The translations under genes and the position numbers were made by a program. 64,000 nt of DNA from Octopus sinensis (lineage: Eukaryota), in the NCBI RefSeq assembly GCF_006345805.1, contig NC_043005.1, positions 63,116,001 through 63,180,000 on the forward strand, read 5' to 3'. Positions within the stretch are counted from its first letter, which is position 1, and the number at the start of each line of letters is the position of its first letter. Shown here piece by piece: positions 35,766 through 47,430 of this stretch. A model generated the notes under the pieces. The model had not been told where the DNA came from. It saw only the letters and a program-made list of their open reading frames with translations, and did no database searches.

Positions 35766-36789
35766 GCACACACACACACACAGACGCATACACTTACACG
35801 CATATATATCTTCTTATATGTTGAAATTACCAAAAATCAAAATTCTGATATACTTTGATCATGTTTAACCATTTATGTTTGCTGAAAAGATACTGATATC
35901 AATATGAACAACATCAACACAAAGTGAAATGAATAAATAAATAAATAACAAATAACAACATACAAGCAGATAAATATATATATAAATAAATAAATATAAA
36001 AAAGTGAAACACAGACAGTTCAAAGCTTCCATGGTAAAAATCAACAATTGGTTATACAAGAATTATTAATTTTAAATGGAAGGTGGGGTGGAGGTGGTGG
36101 TAGCAAAGACAAAATAAATAAATGAAATAAATGAAAGTAAGGAAGGAAAGAGAGATAGAAAAACATATTTATATGCTAATAATGATCTGATACAATGTAA
36201 TATAACTTTACTGGCCCTTGCTTCTATGTAGTGCAATAAATCAAATCTAATTCATCCAAGTTGTCAGATAGAAATGGAATGCTATGGAAGTTGAAAAATA
36301 TCTGCAAAATCAACTTTACAGAGTGCTTAAAATATTAAACCAATAGAAGCATATAATGGTGAGTAATCAGCTAAATAAAATTTCCATAAATCAAAACAAC
36401 AAAAGAACCAAAAAAAAAAAAAAACGGTAAAAAAGAACTACTCTGAAAAATATTTTAAATGGCAGCATAGGATCTTATGATGGTTCCTTATCATAGACAT
36501 CAGTCATATATTGTTACAGTAGTGTTTATTATGTTAAATTGCTTGGATAATCTCGGATGATCGAAGTATTTTTCAACTAACTGTGAGACCCAATCATGAG
36601 TTTTATTACACAGTACTATGCTGCTCAACTCCTGTAAGTTTTTAGTTTCATGTATTCTCTCATGTGAACTGATACTCTGACCCATTCATGCACTAATGTC
36701 TTTGGAAAACAAAATATATTTTGCTTCATTGGTTATTCTGAAGGATTCCCAACTTGAGATTTGTGGTCGTAAATCTCTAATAGAAAAGG

Positions 36790-36854
36790 ACATATATGTC
36801 TGTCTGTTTGTCTGTCTGTCTGTCCGTCCGTCCGTCCATCTATCTATCTGTCTG

Positions 36855-36895
<41 letters not shown>

Positions 36896-36982
36896 ATATA
36901 TATATATATATCTGTCTATCTATCTGTCTGTCTATCTAGCTATCTATCTATCTAGCTATCTATCTATCTATCTATCTATCTA
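36790..36982. repeat. Compound (GTCT)/(GTCC)/(ATCT)n microsatellite
   Basis: Direct reading. Confidence 0.95.
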
Positions 36983-38090
36983 GAGGCCGAGGAAGGGCGA
37001 ATGGCACCGCGAGTGTCGCGTTGCTCTCAAGCAACTCTGCCGTCCTGGGTCGACCTTAAGTGACTTCAACACAACCAAAGCATTCTATAGGGGTTTAGTG
37101 GAGGGGAGGTACGACAACGAGCTCGGGGCGAACCTGGACGTCGACGAGGAGTACCTGACCCGCCTGTTCAGGACGACTTTCGGGCCAGGGCCCATGGACA
37201 ACTTCCAGAGATCCCTGGCCTGGCAGTGCTACCGAGAAGCGCTACCCGTTCGGGATAAGCTCTACAGACACGGCTCGAGAAACACGGGGCCGACCTGCCC
37301 GAGATGCGGTCAGAGCGACGAAACCGTTCTGCACGCACTCGTTCAGTGTCCAACAATTTCCGACCTGTGGGCTTATGTCGAACAACTGCTGTCACGTGTG
37401 GGACGAGTCGGTTTATCAGCTCAGTCTATCGTCAATATTGTCACACCTCCTTCCTTCAAACGGGAAGGAAGAGCTATTTTCATCATCCTTGTGGCTATGG
37501 CGAAAGAATGTATCTGGTGGACGCGTCTGAAAGGATTGGAGACAAACACTTTCCTCTCTGGTCAATCTCTCATCAACTTCTTCAAGTACCACTTGAAAAG
37601 GAAAGCGAGAGTAGAGAGGCAAGTTTTGTCTAGCGAATGTTTTAAAAAAAGATGGGTGAATGTAGCAAGAATGGCACGTATGAATGACGAAGCCACCTTG
37701 AGCATAGTCCTATGAACCCAGAAATCGAAAACAGAGAGTTGCTTATTTGCAAAAAAAAAAAAAAAGAAATATAAAATGTGACTTCATTGACCGAGGTTAC
37801 CGTGGTCTTTTCCGTAGGCTTTTCTTTCCACGGGTAAACCTCACCTGTCCTCCCCTTTACACTTCATATTGACATTTCTGTGATAACGATCCCTATTGAT
37901 CAATTTTTTTTTTTTTTCCTCTCCCCCTTTTTTTTTAACCCCCCTTTTTTGTCCTCTTTCTCTCCTTTTACGATCCCTTTTGATCGAAACTCCCCCTTCC
38001 TTTTTTTTTTTTTTTTAAACCTTCAAAAGAAAAGCTCTACCTTGTAATTTGTTCTATCTGTGTGCAGCCCTGTGTGGCTAATAAAGAAAC
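36983..38090 (+). mobile_element. Young 5'-truncated Tx1/L1-clade LINE embedded in (ATCT)n
   Basis: Uninterrupted CpG-rich ORF end, 3' UTR with A/T runs, AATAAA at 38080-38085, and (ATCT)n on both sides. Confidence 0.85.
36984..37715 (+). CDS. LINE ORF2 C-terminus with CCHC zinc-binding (zf-RVT-like) domain
   Basis: Open from 36984 (RPRKGEWHRE..) to TGA at 37715. LAWQCYREALPVRDKL..CPRCGQSDETVLHALVQC..IWWTR. Confidence 0.85.
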   Translation, partial: RPRKGEWHRECRVALKQLCRPGSTLSDFNTTKAFYRGLVEGRYDNELGANLDVDEEYLTRLFRTTFGPGPMDNFQRSLAWQCYREALPVRDKLYRHGSRNTGPTCPRCGQSDETVLHALVQCPTISDLWAYVEQLLSRVGRVGLSAQSIVNIVTPPSFKREGRAIFIILVAMAKECIWWTRLKGLETNTFLSGQSLINFFKYHLKRKARVERQVLSSECFKKRWVNVARMARMNDEATLSIVL

Positions 38091-38091
38091 A

Positions 38092-38180
<89 letters not shown>

Positions 38181-38205
38181 GCCTGCCTGCCTGCCTGCCT
38201 GTCTG
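38091..38205. repeat. Graded tetranucleotide array (ATCT)n to (GTCT)n to (GCCT)n
   Basis: Direct reading. Confidence 0.95.
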
Positions 38206-38224
38206 TAGATGAATATGTACATTT

Positions 38225-38425
38225 TGGTTTAAAATTTTGGCACAAGGCTAGCAATTTTGGGGGAGGGGATAAGTTGATTACATCAACTCCAGTGTTCAAC
38301 TGGTTCTTATTTTATCAACCCCAAAAGACGAAAGGCGAAGACGACCATGACATTTTTTGATCTCAGAAAGTAAAGACAGACAAAACGCCTGGTGTGATAA
38401 TAATTCTGCTAGCTCACTGCCTTCG
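38225..38425 (-). mobile_element. SINE family B variant
   Basis: Tail and central domain match 25060 and 31670. Confidence 0.7.
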
Positions 38426-38439
38426 TGAATATATATATA

Positions 38440-38770
38440 TCTGGCCTCCGTGCTGGTGGCACGTAAAAGGCACCATTCAAGCGTGATTGCTACCAGCATC
38501 GCCTTACTGGCACCTGTGCCGGTGGCATGTGTAAAATATTTGAATGAGGTCGTTGCCAGTACCGCCTGACTGGCCCTGTGCCGGTGGTACGTAAAAAGCA
38601 CCCACTACACTCTTGGAGTAGTTGGCATTAGGAAGGGCATCCAGCTTTAGAAACTCTGCCAGATCAAGATTGAAGCCTGGTTCAGCCATCTGGTTCGCCA
38701 GACCTCAGTCAGATCGTCCAACCCATGCCAGCATGGAAAGCGGACCTTAAACAATGATGATGATGATGAT
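38440..38770 (+). mobile_element. RTE-type LINE 3' UTR
   Basis: Family C match, (GAT)n tail. Confidence 0.85.
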
Positions 38771-38824
38771 ACATTATATATATATATATATATATATATG
38801 TATAATTATGTATATATATATATA

Positions 38825-39055
38825 TCACCATCATTTAGCACCCACTTTCCATACTGGTATAGGTTAGACACGTTGACTGAAACTGGTAAACTGGAGAGCT
38901 GCACCTGGTTCCAGTCAGATTTTGGCTTGATTTCTATTGGCTGGATGCCCTTCTTAACACCAACCACTTTTGAGAGTGTAGTGGGTGCCTTTTACTTGTC
39001 ACTGACACAGGTGCTTTTACATGTCATTTGTGTGGATGCCTTTACATGTCACCAT
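38825..39055 (-). mobile_element. RTE-type LINE 3' UTR, inverted relative to 38440-38770
   Basis: CTGGATGCCCTTCTTAACACCAACCAC..GTAGTGGGTGC. Confidence 0.8.
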
Positions 39056-39092
39056 ACACACACACACACACACACAAATATAAAACTGAAGG

Positions 39093-39541
39093 CTATCCTG
39101 TGATGGAGTTCAACCAAACGCATACCCTCCATCAGACACCTACCATATTCTGAGCGCCTTGTTTCCCTGGGCATGGATTCACTGAAGCTCCGGCGTCTGG
39201 TGACGGACTTGGTAAACGCCCACAAAGTTGTCAACCACCTCACCAATAACAACACTGAACACCTTTTTGATCTCCATGTGTCTAACACACGTGGACATGC
39301 CTACAAAGTCAGAAAACAACACAGCTCCCATGACTTTTGGAAACATTTCTTCACGCTCAGAGTTGCTGAAGCATGGAATAAACTGCCTGCGTCAGTTGTT
39401 GACTGCCATGACACTGCATCCTTTAAGGCCCTCATGCTTTCTGAAATCCGTCGAAACTACACCTGATTATATATACACTTTAGATGAGTTGTAGTGCACC
39501 TGAGCACTGTACACAATGTTTATTATTATTATTATTATTAT
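39093..39541 (+). mobile_element. CR1-type LINE 3' end (ORF end 39173-39466)
   Basis: LPYSERLVSLGMDSLKLRR..NTRGHAYKV..FFTLRVAEAWNKLP..SFK; (TTA)n tail. Confidence 0.88.
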
Positions 39542-39967
39542 AGTTGTATGCAGGATTTGAACTCTGAATATAGAGTGACACAACTTAATACCTCAAGGTA
39601 TTTTCTCTGATGTTCTGCCAGTTCAGTCAATTGATTGTCCTTCGATGAATATTCATAATACATTGTTATAGTGGTAATTATGTTATGATTAAATATGTTA
39701 CATTGCTTGAATGTCTATTGAGCACCATAGTCCAATTGTCTGTTCTTTATAGACCATTGTTTAATACTTTTGTGGTGTGGCTGTGTGGTAAGAAGCTTGC
39801 TTTCCAACCACATGGTTCGAAGTTCAGTGCCATGTGTGACACTTTGGGCAACAGTCTTCTACTATAGCCTCAGGCTGACCAAAGCTTTGTGAGTGCATTT
39901 GGTAGATAGAAATTGAAAGAAACCCATCATATATATGGTATGTGTGCATGTATGTGTATGTGTGTGT

Positions 39968-40079
39968 CACTAGTGTAGTGTGTATGCGTGTCACCTAAGG
40001 CAGACCCAAAAGTGCCACCCTTTTAAAAGTGCCACCTGGAGTGGACCGCCCCTACCACACCCCACTACCTATGCTAGTG
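39968..40079. mobile_element. 112-bp MITE with 11-bp imperfect TIRs (hAT-like)
   Basis: CACTAGTGTAG...CTATGCTAGTG (9/11 match). GTGTGTGT on both sides. Internal AAAAGTGCCACC twice. Confidence 0.55.
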
Positions 40080-40203
40080 GTGTGTGTGTGTGTTTGTCTC
40101 TGTGTTTGTCTCCCTCCACTACTTGACAACTGGTGTTTGTGTGTTTATGTGTCTGTAACTTAGCAGTTTGGCAAAGAGACCAATAGAATAAATACCAGGC
40201 TTA

Positions 40204-40344
40204 CTCTTTGTAAGCCTAGTACTTATTCTATCAGTCTCTTTTGCTGAACCACTAAGTTACGGGGATGTAACACACCAGTATCAGTTGTCAAGCGATGTTG
40301 GTGGGGACAAACACAGACACACAAACATATACACACACATATAC

Positions 40345-40387
<43 letters not shown>

Positions 40388-40545
40388 GCTTCTTTCAGGT
40401 TCTGTCTACCAAATCCACTCACAAGTCTTTGGTCGGCCTGAGGCTATAGTAGAAGACACTTGCCCAAAGTGCAAAGTAGTGGGACTGAACCCAGAACCAT
40501 GTGGTTCATAAGCAAGCTACTTACCACACAGCCACTCCTATGCCT
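40204..40545 (-). mobile_element. SINE family A nested antisense
   Basis: Reverse-complement match including the head (CTTACCACACAGCCACTCC). Confidence 0.85.
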
Positions 40546-41019
40546 ATAGAAAAAAATAGGCTTGAGAAAAAATAAGTGCTGGGGTTGATTCATGTCGAAT
40601 ACAAATTTCTCAAGATAGTGCCCCAGCATGGCCACAGTCTAATGACTGAAACAAGCTGAAGACAAAAGATAACAGATGTATACAATAACAGGAAAATAAA
40701 TCTGCAAAATCTATGCTAGTGGGTGAATGGTATTTAATCTTATTTGTCTCTAGAAGATGAAAAGAGAAATTGATTTTAGCAACATTTGAACTGGGAACAC
40801 AAAACGGAATACAGCTAAATATGGTTATTTTCTGTCACCTTACTAATTCTGCCAATCCACAATCCCAAATATGCAGAATATTGTATTGCATTTACTCCAG
40901 TGCATTTCTGACAATACCACTTAACCAACCCATATTTTTTCTTTTTTTTTTTCTTTTGATGGATGTTGCATTTATAATGAATGATTTTTCAGTTTAATTT
41001 AATTGCATAGCACTTGAGG

Positions 41020-41335
41020 CAAGTATGGTCTGCTCTATAACTCTGAGCCAATGAGAGCCTTGTGAGTGGATTTGGTTGAGGGAAACTGAAAGAAGCCTGC
41101 CACACACACACACACATGTGTGTGTGTATGTGTGTGTATCTTTGTACTTGTGTTTGTCCCCACCACCACATCATAACTGGCATTGGTCATTTTACATCAT
41201 AATTTAGCAATTTGATGAAAGAGATCAACAGACTAAGAACTAGACTTAAACATAAGTCCTGTGGTCAATTTGTTCAGCTAAAACCCTTCAAGGCAATACC
41301 CTGGTATATCTGCAGTCCAATGATTGAACCGCGTA
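41020..41335 (+). mobile_element. Degenerate SINE family A
   Basis: GCCTTGTGAGTGGATTTGG..GAAACTGAAAGAAGCC, and tail remnants. Confidence 0.65.
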
Positions 41336-41367
41336 GAAGATGTTTCTGCTTATGAATGAAGGGAACT

Positions 41368-41570
41368 GATTATAAATCAAACCCGTGTAAAATTATGAAT
41401 TCATAGATTGGATTACGAATTTGTAAAATGGATAATAAATTCATGGAAAAGATTATGAATCAGGTCTTTTGGATTATAAATACTTTGAATTGATTATGAA
41501 TCCATAGAATGGATTAGGAATTCTTAGAGTAGATTATATATTCATAGAATGGATAATAAATCTATAGAAC
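41368..41570. repeat. Degenerate ~20-bp minisatellite, ~10 units, consensus GATTATGAATTCATAGAATG
   Basis: GAT(T/A)A.GAAT-type starts recur every 20-21 bp. Confidence 0.8.
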
Positions 41571-43119
41571 AGATGATGGAACAATTCTGAAGTGCAGGTG
41601 TACAGAAAAAAAAAAATAACCATCATCTATTTTCTAGCAACAAAGACTGGAAGAACATTGTGAGGAACCAGTGTAATGATGTAGAAGTTAAATCTACGAA
41701 CCCAAAGGATGCAACAACCACTAGTTATTGAGTTAATCTACATAGAATTCAGAATGCTTTACATATCCTATCCAGCAAGTTAGGAATATTAGAAACTGAA
41801 TATAAAATTAATTTAAACATTCCAGTCATGAATGTACACACAAACACATGTATGTGTATGCAGAGATAAACATTACACACTCACACTCACACTGCATGCA
41901 TAAACACACACACATGTACAAATATACATGTCATTTGTATTTGTAGTAGTAGCTGTGTAGTGAATACAAGACATTGAAAATTTTTGTGTTGAACTCTAGT
42001 GATATGTTGGTTTCACTGCTTGTTCTCTTCTCTTCTTTTCTTTTTGTTTTGGCATATTTATGACTACATTTTGCTGGGCATCCTTTATTTGTAAGACAGT
42101 AAAATGTTATTCAACTGACATGTGGCTACTATTTCTGGCAGGTTTAGTGACCATGTAGAAACTCCACACTGGGCCATTAAATGTTGGTATTTGCTACTAG
42201 TGATTTTTATGGAGGATACATCAGATCTAATAATTTTTATATATTATATATTTTATATATTTTATATATAAATAGCAAAAAAAAACAAAAAAAAAACCTT
42301 GTGATGATATTGAGTAACGTTTCTAATAATTTTTTTATGAAACTGAAGAACATTCTGACTGAATAATTATAAGTCATAATATTACAAATACAAGAAACCA
42401 GATTAGATTCTTGGTTAAAATATTCATGGAGAAATAAAGTTTTTCCTATTTTCCCAAGAAGTGATTTACAATTCTTAAGGCGCATGTGATATAACGATTT
42501 GATAAATTTAGTTAATAATAATGTATGAAACCAATAAAGAAAACATATTTTGACTTTTATGAATATTGATTGGAAACTGAATAAAGCAAATGAGAAGTGA
42601 TTGGTTTACAAGTTTCTCTAACTTAACTCTGCAATATAGTTAGTTCTTAAATCAAATGTAGAAATTGAGTGTTTACTTTCCTTGATGAAAGATTAGTAAT
42701 GAGGTTTAGTCAGCAATCAGGGATGAAATAACCTTCAAGGTTGACTGCATATGTATTTAAAGATGGAATGTGATGAGTCAAATAATGATAGAATGGATAT
42801 TAAAAGTATTAAGGTGCAGAAGCTAGAATAGTAATGAGAGAAGACGCCAAGAAATACAGTTTCAATGGGCAAGGAAATGGAAATTATCTGTAAAGATGTT
42901 TCTTCACATAAATAACCAAAGTACTGTCTTGATAATAATGTCTTAGTTATTAATACCACTCTCTGATAGCTCATGAGAGGAATGAAGCAAAGTTCTGGAA
43001 ATAAAAGCATCATATCACCCTTGATAAATCATTGAATCACCTGCCTCCAAGGTCTCATCTTTGTGTGGTGTATGAAGGACAAATAGGCTCCGTTGAACCT
43101 GTCTCTTGTCACAACCACC

Positions 43120-43310
43120 ACCACCACCACCACCACCATCATCATCATCCTCATAATCCTCACCATCTGTTTTTCAATCCTGGCATGGAACTGGATGGTT
43201 TGATAGCAGCTGGCAATCCAAAAGGTTGTATCAAGCTCCATTGTCTGCCTTGGTATGGTCTCTACTGCTTGATGCCCTTTCTAATACTAACCCCTTAACA
43301 GAGTGTACTG
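43120..43310 (-). mobile_element. Degenerate RTE 3' UTR fragment
   Basis: (CAC/CAT)n tail; GATGCCCTTTCTAATACTAACC. Confidence 0.6.
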
Positions 43311-43607
43311 GGTTCTCTCCAAATTATTGACTCTGCATCTAAACCCCATGTACCAAGAAATAAGTGAAGTGAAAATAAACAAGTAAAAATGAATATGAAA
43401 CACAAACCAAGAAAGTACGGGCTTGCCAATATATAATGTTCTTATAAGTTTGCAGGTTCAATTTCTAGACTAAGCAGCTTATTGTGTCTCTGAGCAAGGC
43501 ATTTCATTTCATGTTTTTCCAGCCCATACAATGAATGCAATGGGTACCAACCAGGTTGTTGTTGTTCTTCTTATCAGGACTCATGCCATTAACCACAAAG
43601 ATTCTCT

Positions 43608-44011
43608 TTTACTCTTTTACTTGTTTCAGTCATTTGACTGTGGCTATGCTGGAGCACCACCTTTAGTTGAGCTAATCGACCCCAGGACTTATTCTTTGTA
43701 AGCCTAGTACTTATTCTATCAGTCTCTTTTGCTGAACCGCTAAGTTACGGGAACGTAAACACACCACCATTGGTTGTCAAGCGATGTTGGGGGGGGGGGG
43801 ACAAACAGAAACACATAAATACACACACATACATATATATACATATATACGACGGGCTTCTTTCAGTTTCCACCAACCAAATCCACTCACAAGGCTTTGA
43901 TTGGCCTGAGGCTATAGTAGAAGACAGTTGCCCAAGGTACCATGCAGTGGGAATGAACCTGGAACCATGTGGTTCGTAAGCAAGCTACTTACCACACAGC
44001 CACTCCTGCGC
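43608..44011 (-). mobile_element. SINE family A, full length
   Basis: Reverse-complement match to 8246-8668. Confidence 0.88.
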
Positions 44012-44012
44012 C

Positions 44013-44128
44013 TTATTGCAACAGTCCTTCAGTTTTTCTAAGCCCTGTAAAAGAACTCAGAAGTTTTGGCCCCTTCAACTAGGCCTTTCGTGATACTCTT
44101 AAAACTAGGAACTTTTCAGCACCCCCAT
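44013..44128. mobile_element. Half copy of the mariner-type MITE at 57480-57696
   Basis: CAGTCCTTCAGTTTTTCTAAGC..GGAACTTTTCAGCACCCC is the reverse complement of 57483-57597. Confidence 0.75.
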
Positions 44129-44828
44129 ATACAATTATGCTACAGCTAATGTGGGTTAGTCAAGTATTTATTTTAATCTACAGAATCTAATTAATGTTTA
44201 AGGGTCTGAGCCAGCAAGAATTAGATTTTTCTAATAGCGATGCAGCTAGAACTAGTAATAAGACTTAAATTGTCAACCCCGCATTTAGTATACAGATGAA
44301 ACCGCCAACAGTAGTTTACAGCTGTAAGATGACCCTCAATAAACTATCACCAAAATTTAAGGATCTCAAGTGGATGAGTTAAACATGATTCTAAACAATG
44401 ATAATTGGGGTGGCTGTAAACAGAACAGGGAACAACTTGTTGCTGTAATTTTGTGATATTATTGTAAAATTGACTTCTAAGATAACTTGGATAAAAATAG
44501 ATTCCCCTAAATTGACTTGCTTTAAGATACATTGCATCAAGATGTAATCCTTGGTTGGACCAAGTAGAGTGTCTGTTTCTTGAGTGGCAGATTTAATTCA
44601 ACACCTGATTTAATGCCTTCATCTGACTCTTTAATGCCATTAAATGGTCCACTCTGTTGTTGCTGGTATTCAATTGTGTCTTCCATTTGGGGATAATTTG
44701 ATATGTTGGTAAACTGCTTCCTACTTTAGCAACCTATGGGTCACAGCTTCTTGATCTCTTTGCTTGGTAAGTTCAGAGGCCATGCAGAAAGGTCATAGGC
44801 ACTTCTTTCATACCTCTGACCGATGGTG

Positions 44829-44876
<48 letters not shown>

Positions 44877-45422
44877 TCCAGACAGTAGTATTTCATGCAT
44901 TGGCACATTAATCTATTGCCTGGTTTGAATGATCTCATATTTATAACTTTTTGGTTTTTCTTGTTTTATTTCTAATAACTTATTGAGAGGCAAACTCATT
45001 GTATTGAATTCACTGCTACTCTGACAGTTGTACAAAATCAGAAGTGTTTAACTTGAAAATTTACATAGCATCCACTGTCTAACTGGAACATCTATATTTT
45101 TCCCATTCTTACTTGTGGAGAAGAATTTTTTGTGTGGAACTCACATTTGCAATCATGTTTGTCAATTATATTCATATATATTATAGTTCTCATAAATATG
45201 TAACTATATTCTTACTATATTGTATACAGTTTTAGTATTGTTATAAGAAGAAGAAAAAAATTGGCATTATTGAATGAAAAGGAAAAAAAATCAACATCTT
45301 TTCAGCATTTCTTCAAATTATGTTCGATTTATTGATTAAATTATTGATAAGATTCGTTCCATTAAAAGTGAAGAATATTTTGTAGTTTCATAAGTTTGGA
45401 GATACTTTTCAGAAAATTTTAC

Positions 45423-45457
<35 letters not shown>

Positions 45458-45961
45458 ATGTATATATATCATTATAGAATAAAATACTATAAAAAAGAAT
45501 GACAAAAAAAAACAGAAATTTGTATTAAGTTTATAGCATGGAAAAATAACATTTGAAATAACAATTTTGTAGGAAAAGTGGGGTGCAAAATAAAGTATAT
45601 CTAATTTCAGGATGTTGAAATTTTTTCCCAAAATAAATATTAACAACTAATAACAGTAAATAACACTCCTGTCCGTCTATCACAAAATCTAATATCTTGT
45701 ATGAAATCAAAAACGTCAGTACTATTACTGTAATAGTACTGGCATTAAATCAATGTCACTCATTCCTTTTCATACTACTGCATTAATATTTCTGAGATTC
45801 ACTTAAAGGTGAGGTTTGAATTAACTTTCAAGAGACAAATGTTCACATCCCACTATACATATGCTCATCTGTGTCCCTAGCTCTCAAATAATCCAGCTTA
45901 TCTTCTTGTACATAGATACCAGGGAGTGAATGAATTGTATATTTTAGTTATTATTATCAAT

Positions 45962-46195
45962 CTGTTTCTTTATTACCCACAAGGGGCTAAACATAGAGGG
46001 GACAAACAAGGACAGACAAATGGATTAAGTCGATTATATCGACCCCAGTGCGTAACTGGTACTTAATTTATCAAACCCAAAAGGATGAAAGGCAAAGTTG
46101 ACATCGGTGGAATTTGAACTCAGAACGTAACGGCAGACGAAATACGGCTACGCATTTCACCCAGCATGCTAATGGTTCTGCCAGCTCACCGCCTG
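45962..46195 (-). mobile_element. SINE family B, full length
   Basis: Complete head (GGCGGTGAGCTGGCAGAA), central domain and tail. Confidence 0.88.
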
Positions 46196-46320
46196 TAATT
46201 GTTATCAATCCCATTTACACTTGGGAAATAAAGCTTTAGTGATCAAATACTATTTAGACTAGTAAACTTTTGAACCTTACACCATGTGAAATCATTTCTC
46301 TCAAGCCACCTTCAACTGTT

Positions 46321-46563
46321 GTGGAGGCACAAGGCTTAGTGGCTAGGGTGTTGGACTCTTGATTGTAAGATTGTGGCTTCAATTCCTGGACTGGGTGTCA
46401 CGTTCTTGAGCAAAACACCTCGTTTCACATTGCTCCTGTCCACTCAGCTAGCAAAAATGGATAATCCTGTGGCAGATCAGCATCCTGTTGAGGTGGAGAA
46501 TATATACACTGTGGAAACCAGGAAAGTGACCCTTATAAGTTAGTAGACTTGAGAAGGAATCTT
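46321..46563 (+). mobile_element. SINE family D, full length
   Basis: GGAGGCACAAGGCTTAGTGG..CTTCAATTCC..TTCTTGAGCAAAACAC..(CTTTA)n tail. Confidence 0.75.
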
Positions 46564-46580
46564 ACTTTACTTTTACTTTT

Positions 46581-46969
46581 AACTGTTCAAAGACAGATGT
46601 TCTTTGGTGTATCAAGAAATACTGTCTCAAAAGTAATGACAGCCTTTGAGAAAGAGGGAAAAACCTCCTTGAAACAAAACTCCGGAAGAAAACCCAAACT
46701 TTCAGATAGGGGCTGTCTGATTCTTATGCAAATTGTTTGAAAGGATCACAAAAGTACAGCTTCCAAAATTACTGCAGAGCTTAATGACCACCTTAAGAAC
46801 CCAGTTTCCACAAAAACTGTTTGCCAGGAGCTGGAAACAATTCAAACTTTATACCAGTCCATACCTTATAGAATTCAAGCTGTAATTACTGCCAAAGGCA
46901 GTCCTACACTATATTAAAATAAATTTGTTTGAAATTTTAAGGTGTTTCCATTATTTTATACAACCCTTG
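46581..46969 (+). mobile_element. Internally deleted Tc1-like transposon
   Basis: FGVSRNTVSKVMTAFEKEGKT..SGRKPKLSDR..ITAELN..VSTKTV joined to LYQSIP.RIQAVITAKG..Y; 3' TIR AGGTGTTTCCATTATTTT..CAACCCTTG followed by TA. Confidence 0.8.
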
Positions 46970-47399
46970 TATTCTTTCTCTTTTTTTATGCAGTTACATT
47001 TCCTTTTTATAAGCTTTTAATGAAATTTAAAGGGTATTCTTGTTTAGATTCAAAACAACACCAGGGGAAGGGCAAAAACAACTGCACATACACACATGCA
47101 CATACATACATACATACATACATACATACATACATACATACATACATACATACATACATACATGCATACATACATACATACATACATGCATACATGCTGT
47201 TGGCGATTTCTTTTCCTTCTTTGAACTTTTCCCTTTCTCCTTTCTGACAATGAGCTATGCTTGAAATGTCAAACTCTTTATTTTCACTGAGCATCAAGCT
47301 AATACATTCTTTGTGCATGTCTTCTTGTCTGTTAATTTTATTATTCTTTTCTTTTTTGAATTGATTGCTGTTTATTTGAATCGACTATGTATGTGTGTT

Positions 47400-47429
<30 letters not shown>

Positions 47430-47430
<1 letters not shown>

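Larger units (their letters stand above)
39765..40670 (+). mobile_element. SINE family A host copy containing a mini-MITE (39968-40079) and an antisense family A copy (40204-40545)
   Basis: The host sequence breaks at AGGCTT (~40200) and resumes AGGCTTGAGAAAAAATAAG at ~40558, continuing to its tail. Confidence 0.75.

Noticed and set aside
41368-41570. Possible CRISPR-like array
   Set aside because: Eukaryotic context, no identical repeats with unique spacers, no cas genes; it is a minisatellite.
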